From NCBI GenBank assembly GCA_951406725.2, contig OX597841.1, positions 248,001-312,000 on the forward strand: a stretch of 64,000 bases of DNA, given 5' to 3'. The notes under the pieces are model-generated. The model ran no database searches. It saw only the letters and a program-made list of their open reading frames with translations, and was not told the origin of the DNA. This DNA comes from Octopus vulgaris (taxonomy: Eukaryota). This document shows positions 14,552 through 26,774 of this stretch, one piece after another (the stretch's first letter is position 1; each line of letters starts with the position of its first letter). The translations under genes and the position numbers were made by a program.

Positions 14552-14882
14552 ATGTCCCTGTTTCCTTTTACCCGTCCTGCTGCAATGGAAGTGCTGCTGT
14601 TAGCTCTTACAACAATCCTGGCTGTCACCTCAGGTCAGAAATGTGATGACGCTTACTACAAACGTTTGGGGCCTGGTTATTCCTATGATTATATTGGGAC
14701 ACCTCCAACAGAACAATTCTTCTCAACACGAAACCTACTCGACTGCACCGCGCTCGCTCAGAGGAGCCAATCGCAATATTTCACTTACAACAAAGTCAGC
14801 CATGCTTGTAAGAATTACTCACCGAAAAATATAATGACAGTCGTCAGCACGAATAACGAGAACGAGATTTCCTTCTATAGAA
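14552..14882 (+). CDS. Gene B exon 1 (331 bp): signal peptide + atypical PAN/apple-like domain
   Basis: ATG at 14552, VLLLALTTILAVTSG signal-like segment, phase-1 donor TATAGAA|GTAAGT. Paralogous to gene A exon 1 with identical length. Confidence 0.9.
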
Positions 14883-16192
14883 GTAAGTGAATCTTCTTTA
14901 TTATTACTGTTGACTTATTTTTACATTGTTCGGTCAGATCAAAGTACCAGTTGAACATCAGCGGTCGATGAAATCGACTTACTCATCTACCCTCGAAATT
15001 GCTGGCCAAGATTTCGAAACCATATTGTTGCTGATATTATTGTTTCTATTGCTGTTAACCAGCATTTCAATTTTGTCTTTCTTGTTCACTTAGTCTTTGT
15101 CGAGTTACTGCAAACATTCCCTTTTTAAACCATATCTCTTTCATACTGTTGTTGCGTTCAGAGGTTCCACCTCTTTTTTATACCTAAGAATTTAGTATTT
15201 TAAAATACTAATAATTTATTTATTAACTACAATTTTTAGAAAAAACGAATATATAAAGAAAGTGTATAGCAGGGAATTTTATTTAAAATTTGATATAGGA
15301 ATCAGCATTCACCACCAGCTTCTCAAACCACCTGGGAACCACATCAACTGATTTCATCAGGAAGTCTTGTGGAATGAAAGACATAACGTCTCGTATTCAC
15401 CCTTCAGGTTCTTCCAAAGTCATCGGTTTGGTAGAGAAGACTTCCTCCTTTAACAAAACCCAAAATCACAGGGTGTTAAATCAGGGCTTCTGGCCAGCCA
15501 GTCATGCAGACCTTGATGAATTGGAAGGACGACCACTTCAAGTATCAGCTACAAATCCTGTAGTCATGAATTTTGCATGGCATTTCTTGATTATCTTTGC
15601 ATCAACTTGAGCATGTCTTCCTCTAATGGTCCCCCACCATCTTTGCAATTGAACAACTGATATCTAAACTTCGTAATGTGCAGCTAGCTGGGCACAGTAA
15701 GGCATCCAGCCATGTTTGTAGGGCTTCTAAATTTCAAACAAAATAATCAGTCTGAAAAATAACAACATGGAATCAATTCCCATACATTAAATAACATACA
15801 CTACAAATTTGAGAAAAAACTTATAGTTAATAAATAAATTATAAGCATTTTAAAATAGGGAGTTACTTTCCAATCACCCTGTATATATATTAAACTTCAC
15901 ACAGAGTGAAAAATATAATGAAGGGAGAGGACTTAGAATATTTTCTGAATGAAACTTCAAAATCTGGTTGAGGGGAGATAAGCGTTTGTGATGAAAGACA
16001 TCTAACGATCGTTTGGCAGAGTTGAACTGACGTTGCCTAGACATCGTTTTTAATTTTTTTTTTAAAACGGCTTTGCGTTGATAGAGAAAATAGGGGAGAG
16101 AGCTGCTTACGGATCGGACCGCTTGCAACATAACTTTGAACAATCGAGTACTGGACATCGAATATAGAATTAAACTTCACACACGGTGAAAA

Positions 16193-16288
<96 letters not shown>

Positions 16289-16394
16289 CGGAGTAAACAC
16301 ATAAATGTGAAACAAGGTGGAAAAAAGAGTACTCAAATACCAGCGGTAGAGTAATATGCTTTAAATAAAGTATATATATATGTGTGTCGCCAGT

Positions 16395-16600
16395 CGCCAT
16401 GATAGATCGTTAGCCACTACACATATTTTTTTCTCTCCTTGTTTCTCTCCTTGTTTTTTTTCTGTACCCCTTTCTGTAGAAGAACGTAGGCTCGAAACGT
16501 AAAAGACTTTTACAATTCCAGAGCGTTATACTAATACATTTGTTTGTTTTGTACACCACCTGTCTTCGTTTTTTGTTTTTTTTTCGTAAACTCTCCCTAT
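16395..16600 (+). mobile_element. Solo Penelope pseudo-LTR copy
   Basis: TTTCTGTAGAAGAACGTAGGCTCGAAACGTAAAAGAC plus the same downstream sequence as the intron-2 element; ends at (TA)n. Confidence 0.7.
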
Positions 16601-16606
16601 ATATAC

Positions 16607-16674
<68 letters not shown>

Positions 16675-16924
16675 CACTGAGTGTATATTATATTTCGTCG
16701 CCGTCTGTGAAGTTTAATTCTGTGTCAGGGTTCGAATCCTTCAAACTTTCTTTCATTTTTCTTGAACGTAGGGCTTCCGTTTCGACACTCCTACGAGGGT
16801 TCGTAACCTCGTTACCACTGTTATAACGACACCGTTATACAGTGGGAGCTATGAATCCTCGTCGCCACTGCTACGTCCCGCTACTACATATCAGTGGCTT
16901 AGGGGGCTACGAAACTCCGTCGCC

Positions 16925-18121
16925 ATTGTTATGTTCCACATTATAACGACGTAATTGCTTATGTCCCACATTATAACGACGTAATTGCTTATGTCTCACA
17001 TTATAACGACGTAATTGCTTATGTCCCACATTATAACGACGTAATTGCTTATGTCCCACATTATAACGACGTAATTGCTTATGTCCCACATTATAACGAC
17101 GTAATTGCTTATGTCCCCACATTATAACGACGTAATTGCTTATGTCCTACATTATAACGACGTAATTGCTTATGTCCCACATTATAACGACGTAATTGCT
17201 TATGTCCTACATTATAACGACGTAATTGCTTATGTCCCACATTATAACGACGTAATTGCTTATGTCCCACATTATAACGACGTAATTGCTTATGTCCACA
17301 TTATAACGACGTAATTGCTTATGTCCCACATTATAACGACGTAATTGCTTATGTCCCACATTATAACGACGTAATTGCTTATGTCCTACATTATAACGAC
17401 GTAATTGCTTATCTCTCACATAATAACGACGTAATTGCTTATGTCCCACATTATAACGACGTAATTGCTTATGTCCCACATTATAACGACGTAATTGCTT
17501 ATGTCCCACATTATAACGACGTAATTGCTTATGTCTCACATTATAACGACGTAATTGCTTATGTCCCACATTATAACGACGTAATTGCTTATGTCTCACA
17601 TTATAACGACGTAATTGCTTATGTCCCACATTATAACGACGTAATTGCTTATTCTCACATATAACGACGTAATTGCTTATGTCCCACATTATAACGACGT
17701 AATTGCTTATGTCCTACATTATAACGACGTAATTGCTTATGTCCCACATTATAACGACGTAATTGCTTATGTCTCACATTATAACGACGTAATTGCTTAT
17801 GTCCCACATTATAACGACGTGATTGCTTATCTCTCACATAATAACGACGTAATTGCTTATGTCCCACATTATAACGACGTAATTGCTTATGTTCCACATT
17901 ATAACGACGTAATTGCTTATGTCCCACATTATAACGACGTAATTGCTTATGTCCCACATTATAACGACGTAATTGCTTATGTCCCACATTATAACGACGT
18001 AATTGCTTATGGCCCACATTATAACGACGTAATTGCTTATGTCCCACATTATAACGACGTAATTGCTTATGTCCCACATTATAACGACGTAATTGCTTAT
18101 GTCCCACATTATAACGACGTC
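16925..18121. repeat. 30-bp minisatellite, ~40 copies, in intron 1 of gene B
   Basis: Unit CACATTATAACGACGTAATTGCTTATGTCC head-to-tail with no spacers and few substitutions or indels. Confidence 0.97.
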
Positions 18122-18219
18122 TCTGCGGGACTGGGCCAAACTCAATTATTTATTAGTAGTGGCGCTGTAGCATGTGTCTGCCATTTATTCATAGAATATT
18201 ATATCTATTTTATGGTTAT

Positions 18220-18385
18220 AGGCGCAAGAGTGGCTGTGTGGTAAGTAGCTTCCTTACCTACCACATGGTTCCGGGTTCAGTCCCACTGCTTGGCACCTTG
18301 GGCAAGTGTCTTCTACTATAGCCTCGGGCCGACCAAAGTTTTGTGAGCGTGAATTTGGTAGACGGAAACTGAAAAGAAGCCTGTC

Positions 18386-18425
<40 letters not shown>

Positions 18426-18625
18426 ATGTGTGTGTGTCTGTGTTTGTCCCCTAGCATTGCTTGACAACCGATGCTGGTGTGTTTATGTCCCCGTCACTTA
18501 GCGGTTCGGCAAAATAAATCGATAGAATAAGTACTGGGCTTACAAAAGAATAAGTCCCGGGGTCGAGTTGCTCGATTAAAGGCGGTGCTCCAGCATGGCC
18601 GCAGTCACATGACTGAAACAAGTAA
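18220..18625 (+). mobile_element. tRNA-derived SINE (octopus-type)
   Basis: GGCGCAAGAGTGGCTGTGTGGTAAG...GGGTTCAGTCCC head (A/B boxes), central microsatellite, tail ...ATGACTGAAAC. Relatives at 29726-30070, 46893-47225, 51867-52157, 55740-56090 and 60137-60490. Confidence 0.85.
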
Positions 18626-18634
18626 AAAAAAAAA

Positions 18635-19430
18635 GAAATTGGTGCTACATTGTTCATGGCTAGTGTTTCTAGCATCCATATGTGAGGAATACTATCAAAA
18701 ACCATTCGATAATCGATCCAAGCCATACTTAGATGCTTCTTCTTCTGCTGCTGCTGTCTTCAGTTATGGATTTATTGGTAAGTAGCTGATCTTTACAGCC
18801 GTATGAACCCTTGCAACATCCCTTCTACTCTTCTGACAACAGGGTGTTGTCTTCCAGATTTTTACCCATTCTCTGCGATATTATTGCAGTAAAGGCTATG
18901 TAAATTATAGGGAGACAAGTTATCGGTCTTTAATTTTGTCAGTTTGCTCTATCAGTGGATTTGGGAATTAGGATAGTTTTCCCTTCTGTGAAATATTCGG
19001 GGATTGTCTCTGGCTTTGCTAGTATTTCCTTAATATTTTCAGCCAGCGTTTTATGTATTCTTGTTTGATATTTTAACCCCAGAATTTAGGGATCTTGTCG
19101 TGCCCAGGTACCTTCCAGCAGCTTAGATTTGCAGTGCCTTGGTGACCCCTTCACTTGTAATAGGAGCCCAGAATTGTTCAGGTGCTGTGCTTGTTGTTTT
19201 GGTATATCTTTTCTGTGGTTGTTCCTTCCCCGACCATATTTCTTTCCAAAATCCTTCCGCTTCTTCTACTGTTTTCATCTCTATTTTCTTTTTGCCAAGT
19301 TCTTGGTGGAAGCTTTTGTATTGTTGGTTTGTTTCGTTGGCGTTTCTCATACCGGTGGATTCTTTGTGCTATGGCGAGGCTATCTTTAGCTGTTCTTTTA
19401 GCTCAGGTAGACCTTGTATTTTTAATTTGG
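18635..19430 (-). mobile_element. R4/Dong-like non-LTR retrotransposon RT remnant
   Basis: MAWIDYRMVFDSIPHIWMLETL, YRPITCL-like and KT.LIPK-like motifs, FWKEIWS; lies next to (TAA)n. Confidence 0.7.
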
Positions 19431-19442
19431 TATTTACGCAGC

Positions 19443-19510
<68 letters not shown>

Positions 19511-19514
19511 TCAG

Positions 19515-19693
19515 ACAGCCAGTGGATTAAAACATATGCCATATCAATGGGAGCTGGTTCGAAAGTCTATAATTCAATTATGAATATAGAAAGTCCTTCA
19601 ACCTGGAATGTGTACGAATGCAATGGTACCTTCTGTCCCAACTTCTTCAGACATCCTATTCTTGATTTCTGGACCCATCTTCCAATCGATGAG
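19515..19693 (+). CDS. Gene B exon 2 (179 bp)
   Basis: Acceptor TTTCAG|ACAGCCAGTGG, donor GATGAG|GTAGGT. Encodes SQWIKTYAISMGAGSKVYNS...FRHPILDFWTHLPIDE; phase 1 in, phase 0 out. Confidence 0.92.
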
Positions 19694-19731
19694 GTAGGTG
19701 CATAAACGATCTTTATGCGCATTCATACGCA

Positions 19732-19790
<59 letters not shown>

Positions 19791-20057
19791 GGGAGTTTGG
19801 CTCCAAACCCACAGGGAAAAATTAGATTTAAGATTAAATCAAATTTCATAGTATAAATATATAAAATATGAATTAGAGATAAAACCACTATTAGGCAACT
19901 CAAACGGTGATAGACATAAACCAATACATAAATAGCAAATAATATAATTAATAATATAATAATATAACTATAATTATAGTTATATTATTTGTTATTTATG
20001 TATTCGTTTATGTCTATCACTGTTTTAGTTGCATACTAGTAGTTTTGTCTCTAACTC

Positions 20058-20113
<56 letters not shown>

Positions 20114-20424
20114 AATAATAATATTAGGGAGTTTGGTTCTAAACTTACAGGGAAAAATTAGATTTAGGATTAAATTAAATTTCACAGTATAAATATATAA
20201 AATATGCATATGAGATAAAACCACTATTAGGCAACTCAAAAGTAATAAAAAAATAATTTTAAAAATTATTAAAAAAAAATAATAAATAAAAATTTTATAT
20301 ATATATAAATATTATATATTATATTAATTATATTTATATTATTTGTTATTTATGTATTGGCTTATGTCTATCACTGTTTGAGTTGCCTAATAGTGGTTTT
20401 ATCTCTAATTCATATTTTACATGT

Positions 20425-20624
20425 TGATTCGCTTGCTTCTGCACGCATTTTTTTTCTCTCCTTGTTTCTCTCCTTGTTTCTTTTCTGTGTATCTTTCTGT
20501 CGAAGAGCGTAGGCTCGAAACGTAAAAGACTTGTTTTATTTCTATTCCTGAGCGCCATACTAATACAATTGTTTGTTTGTATTCCACCTGCCTTCGTCTT
20601 TTGTTTATTTTCATAAAACTTCCC

Positions 20625-20696
<72 letters not shown>

Positions 20697-20865
20697 AGGA
20701 GAATTTACAAAAAAAGACGAAGGCAGATGGTGTAGAAAACAAACAGATGTATTAGTATAACGCTCGGGAATTGAAAAAGTCTTTAACGTTTCGGGCCTGC
20801 GCTCTTCCACGGAAAGGAACACAGAAGGAAACAAGAAGAGAGAAAAATGTGTGTAGTGGCTACAT
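20425..20865. mobile_element. Two related Penelope pseudo-LTR copies in inverted orientation either side of a (TA)n tract
   Basis: 20425-20628 (+) and ~20695-20865 (-; reads GGAAGAGCGCAGGCCCGAAACGTTAAAGAC) converge on (TA)n. Confidence 0.7.
20492..20529 (+). ncRNA. Minimal hammerhead-like motif, variant core, in a Penelope pseudo-LTR (also ~21377-21414 and ~25608-25645)
   Basis: TCTTT-CTGTCGA-A-GAGC-gtag-GCTC-GAAA-CG-TA-AAAGA. Stem I TCTTT/AAAGA, stem II GAGC/GCTC, palindromic ACGT stem III; core reads CUGUCGA rather than CUGANGA. Confidence 0.6.
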
Positions 20866-21374
20866 CGCTAGCCACTTCGCCGGAGGAGTGAGGATACAAC
20901 ACCAGTTGATCCTGTCTCCTCTCATCACCCACAAACTTCTCCACTAGACTTTCTACCTTTCTACCCTTGACGGATTCTCTTTTGGACTTTCTACACTCCG
21001 ATTGTACCTCTTCTTCCTATGGATTACTCTGGACTCTTCTGTTGATCAATATATATATATAGATATAGATATAGATATAGATATATTTATATTGTTATAT
21101 TTCGGAATGGTTATTTTGCCAGTTTAGCCAATAAAAACACACGCACTTTATATTTGGTGTTATTTTGCTTTAGTGTTATTTATTTTTACATTAATCTTAA
21201 TCTTATTTCGGCCAGAGTTCTTTCGTCACACTCCTGTGACCACATCAGTGATCTTTTGTTTTCTTCTTTCTTATTTATTGGCTAAACTGGCAAAATGACC
21301 ATTCCGAAAGATAACAATATCTGTTTCAACACACGACTTCACATAAAATATCTTGCACAACAAATATATAAACG

Positions 21375-24300
21375 TATCTTTCTGTCGAAGAGCGTAGGCT
21401 CGAAACGTAAAAGACTTGTTTTATTTCTATTCCTGAGCGCCATATTAATACAGTATTTGTTTGTACTCCACCTGCCTTCGTCTTTTGTTTATTTTCGTAA
21501 ACCTGCCTTCGTCTTTTGTTTATTTTCATAAACCTTCCTGTTATATATCACGCGCTCACGTGGTCACACTTTTATCCTATATTCTACCAACTCTTACCTT
21601 TCCATTGGATTGTTTTACCTCTAAGGATACCTGCCTTCTGACTGCACCTCTCCTTCACGGATCAAAGTGACTTTGTTATTGATGTGAAATCCTTAAAATA
21701 TACCACGACGTCTATACATTTTTAACATTGAACTTTCAACCTTGAACTTGTTCGTATATACAGTCCCTTTCGTTTTATTTTCTCATAAATTATCTTCATT
21801 TATTTTTTTTTACATTCATTTCACACTTCCACAATTTCCTGTATTTTTTTGTCCTTTCTGTCGTTTCTTCCTTCTCTGGATGTCCATACTCTGTTTTCTT
21901 TGCTTGCACCCCGTTTTTTTTTGCCTCCCTCTCTCTCTGCTTCCTCTCTTTCCTTTTTCTATTTGTCCCATCTTCTTCACCTTTATTTTCTGCTCCTACC
22001 GCTTTTTTTATCTAGTTTTTTCGAACGATTTTTTCTTTTTTCGAACGTTTGTTTTTTCCCCCCTTTTCCCCTTTTTTCCTCTCTCTCTTTTTTTTCGCTA
22101 TTCCACCATGCCGGATTATAAATCCTACCTCCTCACTATCCACCATCGTTCGAAAGATTTCCTCCGCCTACTCCCTCTAAACTGCTATCAGCCGTCCATT
22201 AACCTCTCTCTGCTTCTTTTTAAAAAAACCGCTTCTCTAGCCACGTCTCTTTTCTAAGCCGCTGCCTATATCACCGCCTCATCCCTAAAGATTTCCGCCT
22301 CCATTACCACCCTGCTCTCCACTCTGCTTCTTCCATCTTACCCATACTCCGCATCACATCTTACCGCCTTATGCGTGCCACTATTCGCTCCAATCTCTCT
22401 CAACTACATACCATCGAATGCCTTCTCCCTCCTGCTTTTTCCATCTTTTTCTTCTTTCTGCCGCCTTTCCATGCTCAAAACACGTTGCGCTTCATTATCC
22501 ATTTAAATCACCTCTTCCATCAATTTCTTTCCAATACCAAACTTCGTAAATCCCAATCACTCCTCTATTCAATCACACCCAACTCCACTACCCTTCTCCC
22601 CTCTTGATAGGCTCCACCCACCCACATCTAACCCCACTGTCCCTCCTAACCACCCCCACACACCTCCCCACTCCCTCCCCTCAGACCTCCACCAGCCCTA
22701 CCACCCCTCCTACTCCTATTCCATTCACCCCTTCTACTTCTATTCCATCCACCTCTTCTCCACTTCCGTCTGTTGTTACCATTCCCCCTGATCTTCCCCT
22801 CTCCGTGGCGTAACGCTCCGTCCTCAGTAGGGGTCTGCGTTTCATCCCTCTCACTCCATCTTGTAAGGAATTCCAGACGCGTGCTGATGTCCACAGCTTT
22901 GTGCGCCGCGTCCGGTTGGGTGCGTTTTTCCGCGACATACCATCCGCATCCAACGATGAGGACTGCTTCACTGACCTGGGCCGCCGACCATCCCTGTGGA
23001 CGCCTGCCCCCGGCCAGTTCCTAGCAGTGGATCTTTTCGCGGGTGCCTGTCAGCGTGCGTTGGAGCGGTTCAACTTCTCCAGGCGCCACCGCCGCCTCAA
23101 CATCTCCCCGGCTGAACTCTCGGTTCTTCGTTCCCTCCAACGGCGCGCTGACATTGTCATCAAACCGGCTGACAAGGGTGGAGCTGTGGTGGTGTGGCGC
23201 GTTGACCTCTACAGGGCTGAGGCGCTCCGCCAACTCAATGACACCTCCTTCTACTCCCCTCTGTCCTTTGACCCCACGCTTAGCTACCAAGAGACGGTAT
23301 CCTCTACTGTCCACGACCTCATCTCGTCCTCCCGTCTCCCCCACACGGAATCCAACCTCATTGTGCGAACCCCACGCACCCCCACAATTTACTTCCTCCC
23401 CAAAATCCACAAACGCAACAACCCTGGCCGCACCATCGTCTCCGCCTGTAACTGCCCCACGGAGCTCATCTCAAAATACCTCGACCGTGTCCTTGCCCCC
23501 CTAGTGGCGTCTCTTCCCTCCCACATCCACGATACAAACCATGCTCTCCGGCTTTTCAACTCTTTCTCCTTTCCTCCCGGCTCCTCCAATATCCTTTTTA
23601 CTATGGACATCCAGAGCCTCTATACCGTCATCCCTCACCACGAAGGACTGCGGGCACTTCAACACTTTCTCGACCTCCGCCCCAACCCTGAACCCGACAC
23701 CTCCACACTCATTCGTCTGGCCGAAATTGTCCTTTCTCTTAACTGTTTCTACCAACAATTCTCGGGAGTGGCCATGGGAACGCGAATGGGCCCCAACTAT
23801 GCGAACCTGTTCGTTGGCTATGTTGAGGCCCAAATATTCTCTAATTTCACTGGTCCCACTCCCGAACTATACGGTCGTTACATTGACGATATTATCGGTG
23901 CCACCTCACTCTCCCGTGAACATCTAGATTCTTTCTCTCTTTCGTTCAATCCTTCCATCCTGCCCTCCACTTCACCTCCACTATCTCCTACACCTCTGTC
24001 TCCTTCCTCGACATTTCGGTCAGCATTCATCACTCCACTCTTACCACCTCCATTCACTACAAACACACAGACTCACACTCATACCTAAACTTCTCTTCCT
24101 CCCACCCCAAACACACTAAGCTTTCCATCCCCTATTCTCAATTCCTCCGTCTACGTAGGCTCTGTAGTGACGACCATGACTTTAAGACTCAGTCTCAACT
24201 CATGGCTCGCCACTTCATCCTACGTGGATATCCCCTCACCACTATCCACACCGCCCTTGCCAGAGAACGTTCTGTAGACCGTGCATCTGCTCTCTCCCCT

Positions 24301-25740
24301 CGAACCCGCCCTGCAGTCTCCCGCCTCCCTTTTCCCCTCACTTACCACCCCACCACCCTACCTCTCCAACGCACCATTCTTCGAGCTTTCCGGCATCTCC
24401 AGTCTGACCCGTACACTTCACACCTCTTCCCTAACCAACCCTACCCTCTTTCAAACGAGCCCATAACCTACGAGACCTCTTGGTCCACAGCTTCTTCCCT
24501 GACCCTACCTCCCAACCTGGCTCGTTCCCCTGCTCCCGCCATGTTGCCGCACTTGCCCTTACCTCTCCAACACCACCCTCCTCACTGGCACCCATCATCG
24601 ACCTGATCGCATCCTCGACTCCTTCACCAGCACCTCCAGCAATATTATCTATTGCATCTCCTGCTCTCTCTGCCATTCCCTGTACATCGGACAAATGGGA
24701 CGCCGCTTGGCTGACCGGTTCGCGGAACACATCCGAGACATCCGCCTTGCCAACGATACACCGGTCTCACGCCGTTTCCGTTCCACCGGTAACTCCTTGG
24801 AACACCTGTCTGTGTTCGGATTGTCCTTGCACAGAGCCCATCCGGATTCCTGTTTGCGCAGTGAACAGGGATTAATCTTCTCTCTTCCCTCTTTCACGCC
24901 ATTTAGTCTCAACTCTCCCCACTTTTTCATTTAACCTCCCCGACTCCTACTTCTCTTCAGTCCTTCATCTTTTCACCCCTACTCTCTTTCTCTCCTTTCC
25001 TTTCTTCTCTTTCCACTTTCCCTCCTTTCCCTTCTTCCCTCTTCTTCTTTCTTCTTTCTTCTTCCCTCTTCCCCCTCTCTCTTTCTCTCTGCTCCCTCAC
25101 TCCCCTTCTCTTCCCCTCATCCTCCTCTCCCTCTCCCCTCTCTTCTTCCTTTCTCCTTCCATTCTCCTCCCCTTCCCCTTTCTTCTCCTCCCCTCCTCCT
25201 TCTCATCTTCTCCTCTCCTTCCTTCTCCTCTCCCTCGTCCTCCCCTCGCCCCCTCATCTCCCCTTCCCCTTGCTCTCCTCCCCCTCTCCCCCTCATCTCC
25301 CCTCTCCCTCTCCCCAACACCACACTACACTACACCATACGACATTACACATCACATCATACATACATACACACGTCCAAACCACCAGCCCTCTTCCACA
25401 TGCACATACATACTCTCTTATGCACACACGCACCTTCAGGTTGGAGCGCGGTCACTTTACCCTGTTATCTCCCCTACTATCCCTCTAGTGTCTAACGTCT
25501 GACCTCTAACGTTTGACCTCCGATCTCTGACTTCTGAAATCAGAACGCCATGTTGAATTGTTAGCCCCTACATGCAATTTTTTCTCTCCTTGTTTCTTTT
25601 CTGTGTATCTTTCTGTCGAAGAGCGTAGGCTTGAAACGTAAAAGACTTGTTTTATTTCTATTCCTCAGCGCCATAGTAATACATTATTTGTTTGTACTAC
25701 AACTGCCTTCGTCTTTTGTTTATTTTCATAAACCTTCCCG

Positions 25741-25742
<2 letters not shown>
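21375..25742 (+). mobile_element. Penelope-like retroelement (probably Neptune-type), degenerate, in intron 2 of gene B, with direct pseudo-LTRs
   Basis: RT and GIY-YIG coding remnants between two copies (~21375-21535 and ~25575-25742) of a repeat containing TCTTTCTGTCGAAGAGCGTAGGCTYGAAACGTAAAAGAC. The 3' end runs into (TA)n. Confidence 0.9.
22088..24934 (+). pseudogene. Penelope-like RT-GIY-YIG polyprotein with frameshifts and stops
   Basis: Motifs IVIKPADKGGAVVV, YFLPKIHK, MDIQSLYT, FYQQFSGVAMG, GRYIDDI; frameshift near 23940; then SFLDI, YLNFSSSHP, IPYSQFLRLRRLCS, and GIY-YIG-type NIIYCISCSLC..LYIGQMGRRLADRFAEH...EQGLI...LN. Confidence 0.92.
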
Positions 25743-25790
<48 letters not shown>

Positions 25791-25809
25791 TATATACATA
25801 TATATAAGA

Positions 25810-25926
<117 letters not shown>

Positions 25927-26349
25927 GTTTCTTAACACTATATATTGATTCACGATATTTTCTTGCGCCGAGGTCGACTTTGCCTTTCATCCTTTCAGGG
26001 TCGATAAATTATGTACCAGTTACGCACTAGGGTCGATGCAATCGACTTAATCTATTTGTCTGTCCTTGTTTGTCTCCTCTGTGTTTAGCCCCATTGTGGG
26101 TAGTAAATAAATAGATATTTTCTTGAAGCGACCAAAGCATTTCCAGGCTTTCACTATAATATATTCATTGAATATGATATACAGAGTACAAATTTGAACT
26201 ACATCTGGTTCCCTCACTAATAATGAAATATAATATATCCAGCCTGTCTGCTGATTTCTGAACACTGCTGATTTCTTAATTATAATTTTCCTGTATCATT
26301 AGAGACTAAATTTGATTTGGTATGTATGTATGTATATATGTGTGTACTT

Positions 26350-26383
<34 letters not shown>

Positions 26384-26496
26384 TATTAATTTCTTACATT
26401 AAAAAACTGATGAACTAAGTGGAGTAGACTCACAGCCAATAAAATAGTTGTTAAATTACATCGATCAATTTAACTTGATCTATTTATGCGAGTGTG

Positions 26497-26572
<76 letters not shown>

Positions 26573-26610
26573 CTGTGTGTGTGTGTTACATGTATGCTCA
26601 TGTTTTTCAG

Positions 26611-26774
26611 GTGAAACTGGTGATTTATAAAAACCAAACACCTGTTGTGACTATGATTTTTGATGGACGAAATTCAAACCTTGAAAGCTGGTTCTCTCAT
26701 GCAAACTTGAAAAGTTCTCCATGGAATGACCTATCTTCAGACAACCCACAGTATTTCACGATCGAAGGAATGGA
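26611..26774 (+). CDS. Gene B exon 3 (164 bp)
   Basis: Acceptor TTTTTCAG|GTGAAA, phase-2 donor ATGGA|GTAAGT. Encodes VKLVIYKNQTPVVTMIFDGRNSNLESWFSHANLKSSPWNDLSSDNPQYFTIEGM. Confidence 0.92.

Noticed and set aside
15300-15885. Possible mariner remnant ending CAATCACCCTG|TA
   Set aside because: Only a TIR-like end; I could not read convincing transposase motifs, so it is not called.
16925-18121. CRISPR-like 30-bp repeats and repetitive ORFs (GHKQLRRYNV, HYNDVIAYVP)
   Set aside because: Units are contiguous with no unique spacers, the context is eukaryotic, indels break the frames, and the array is intronic.
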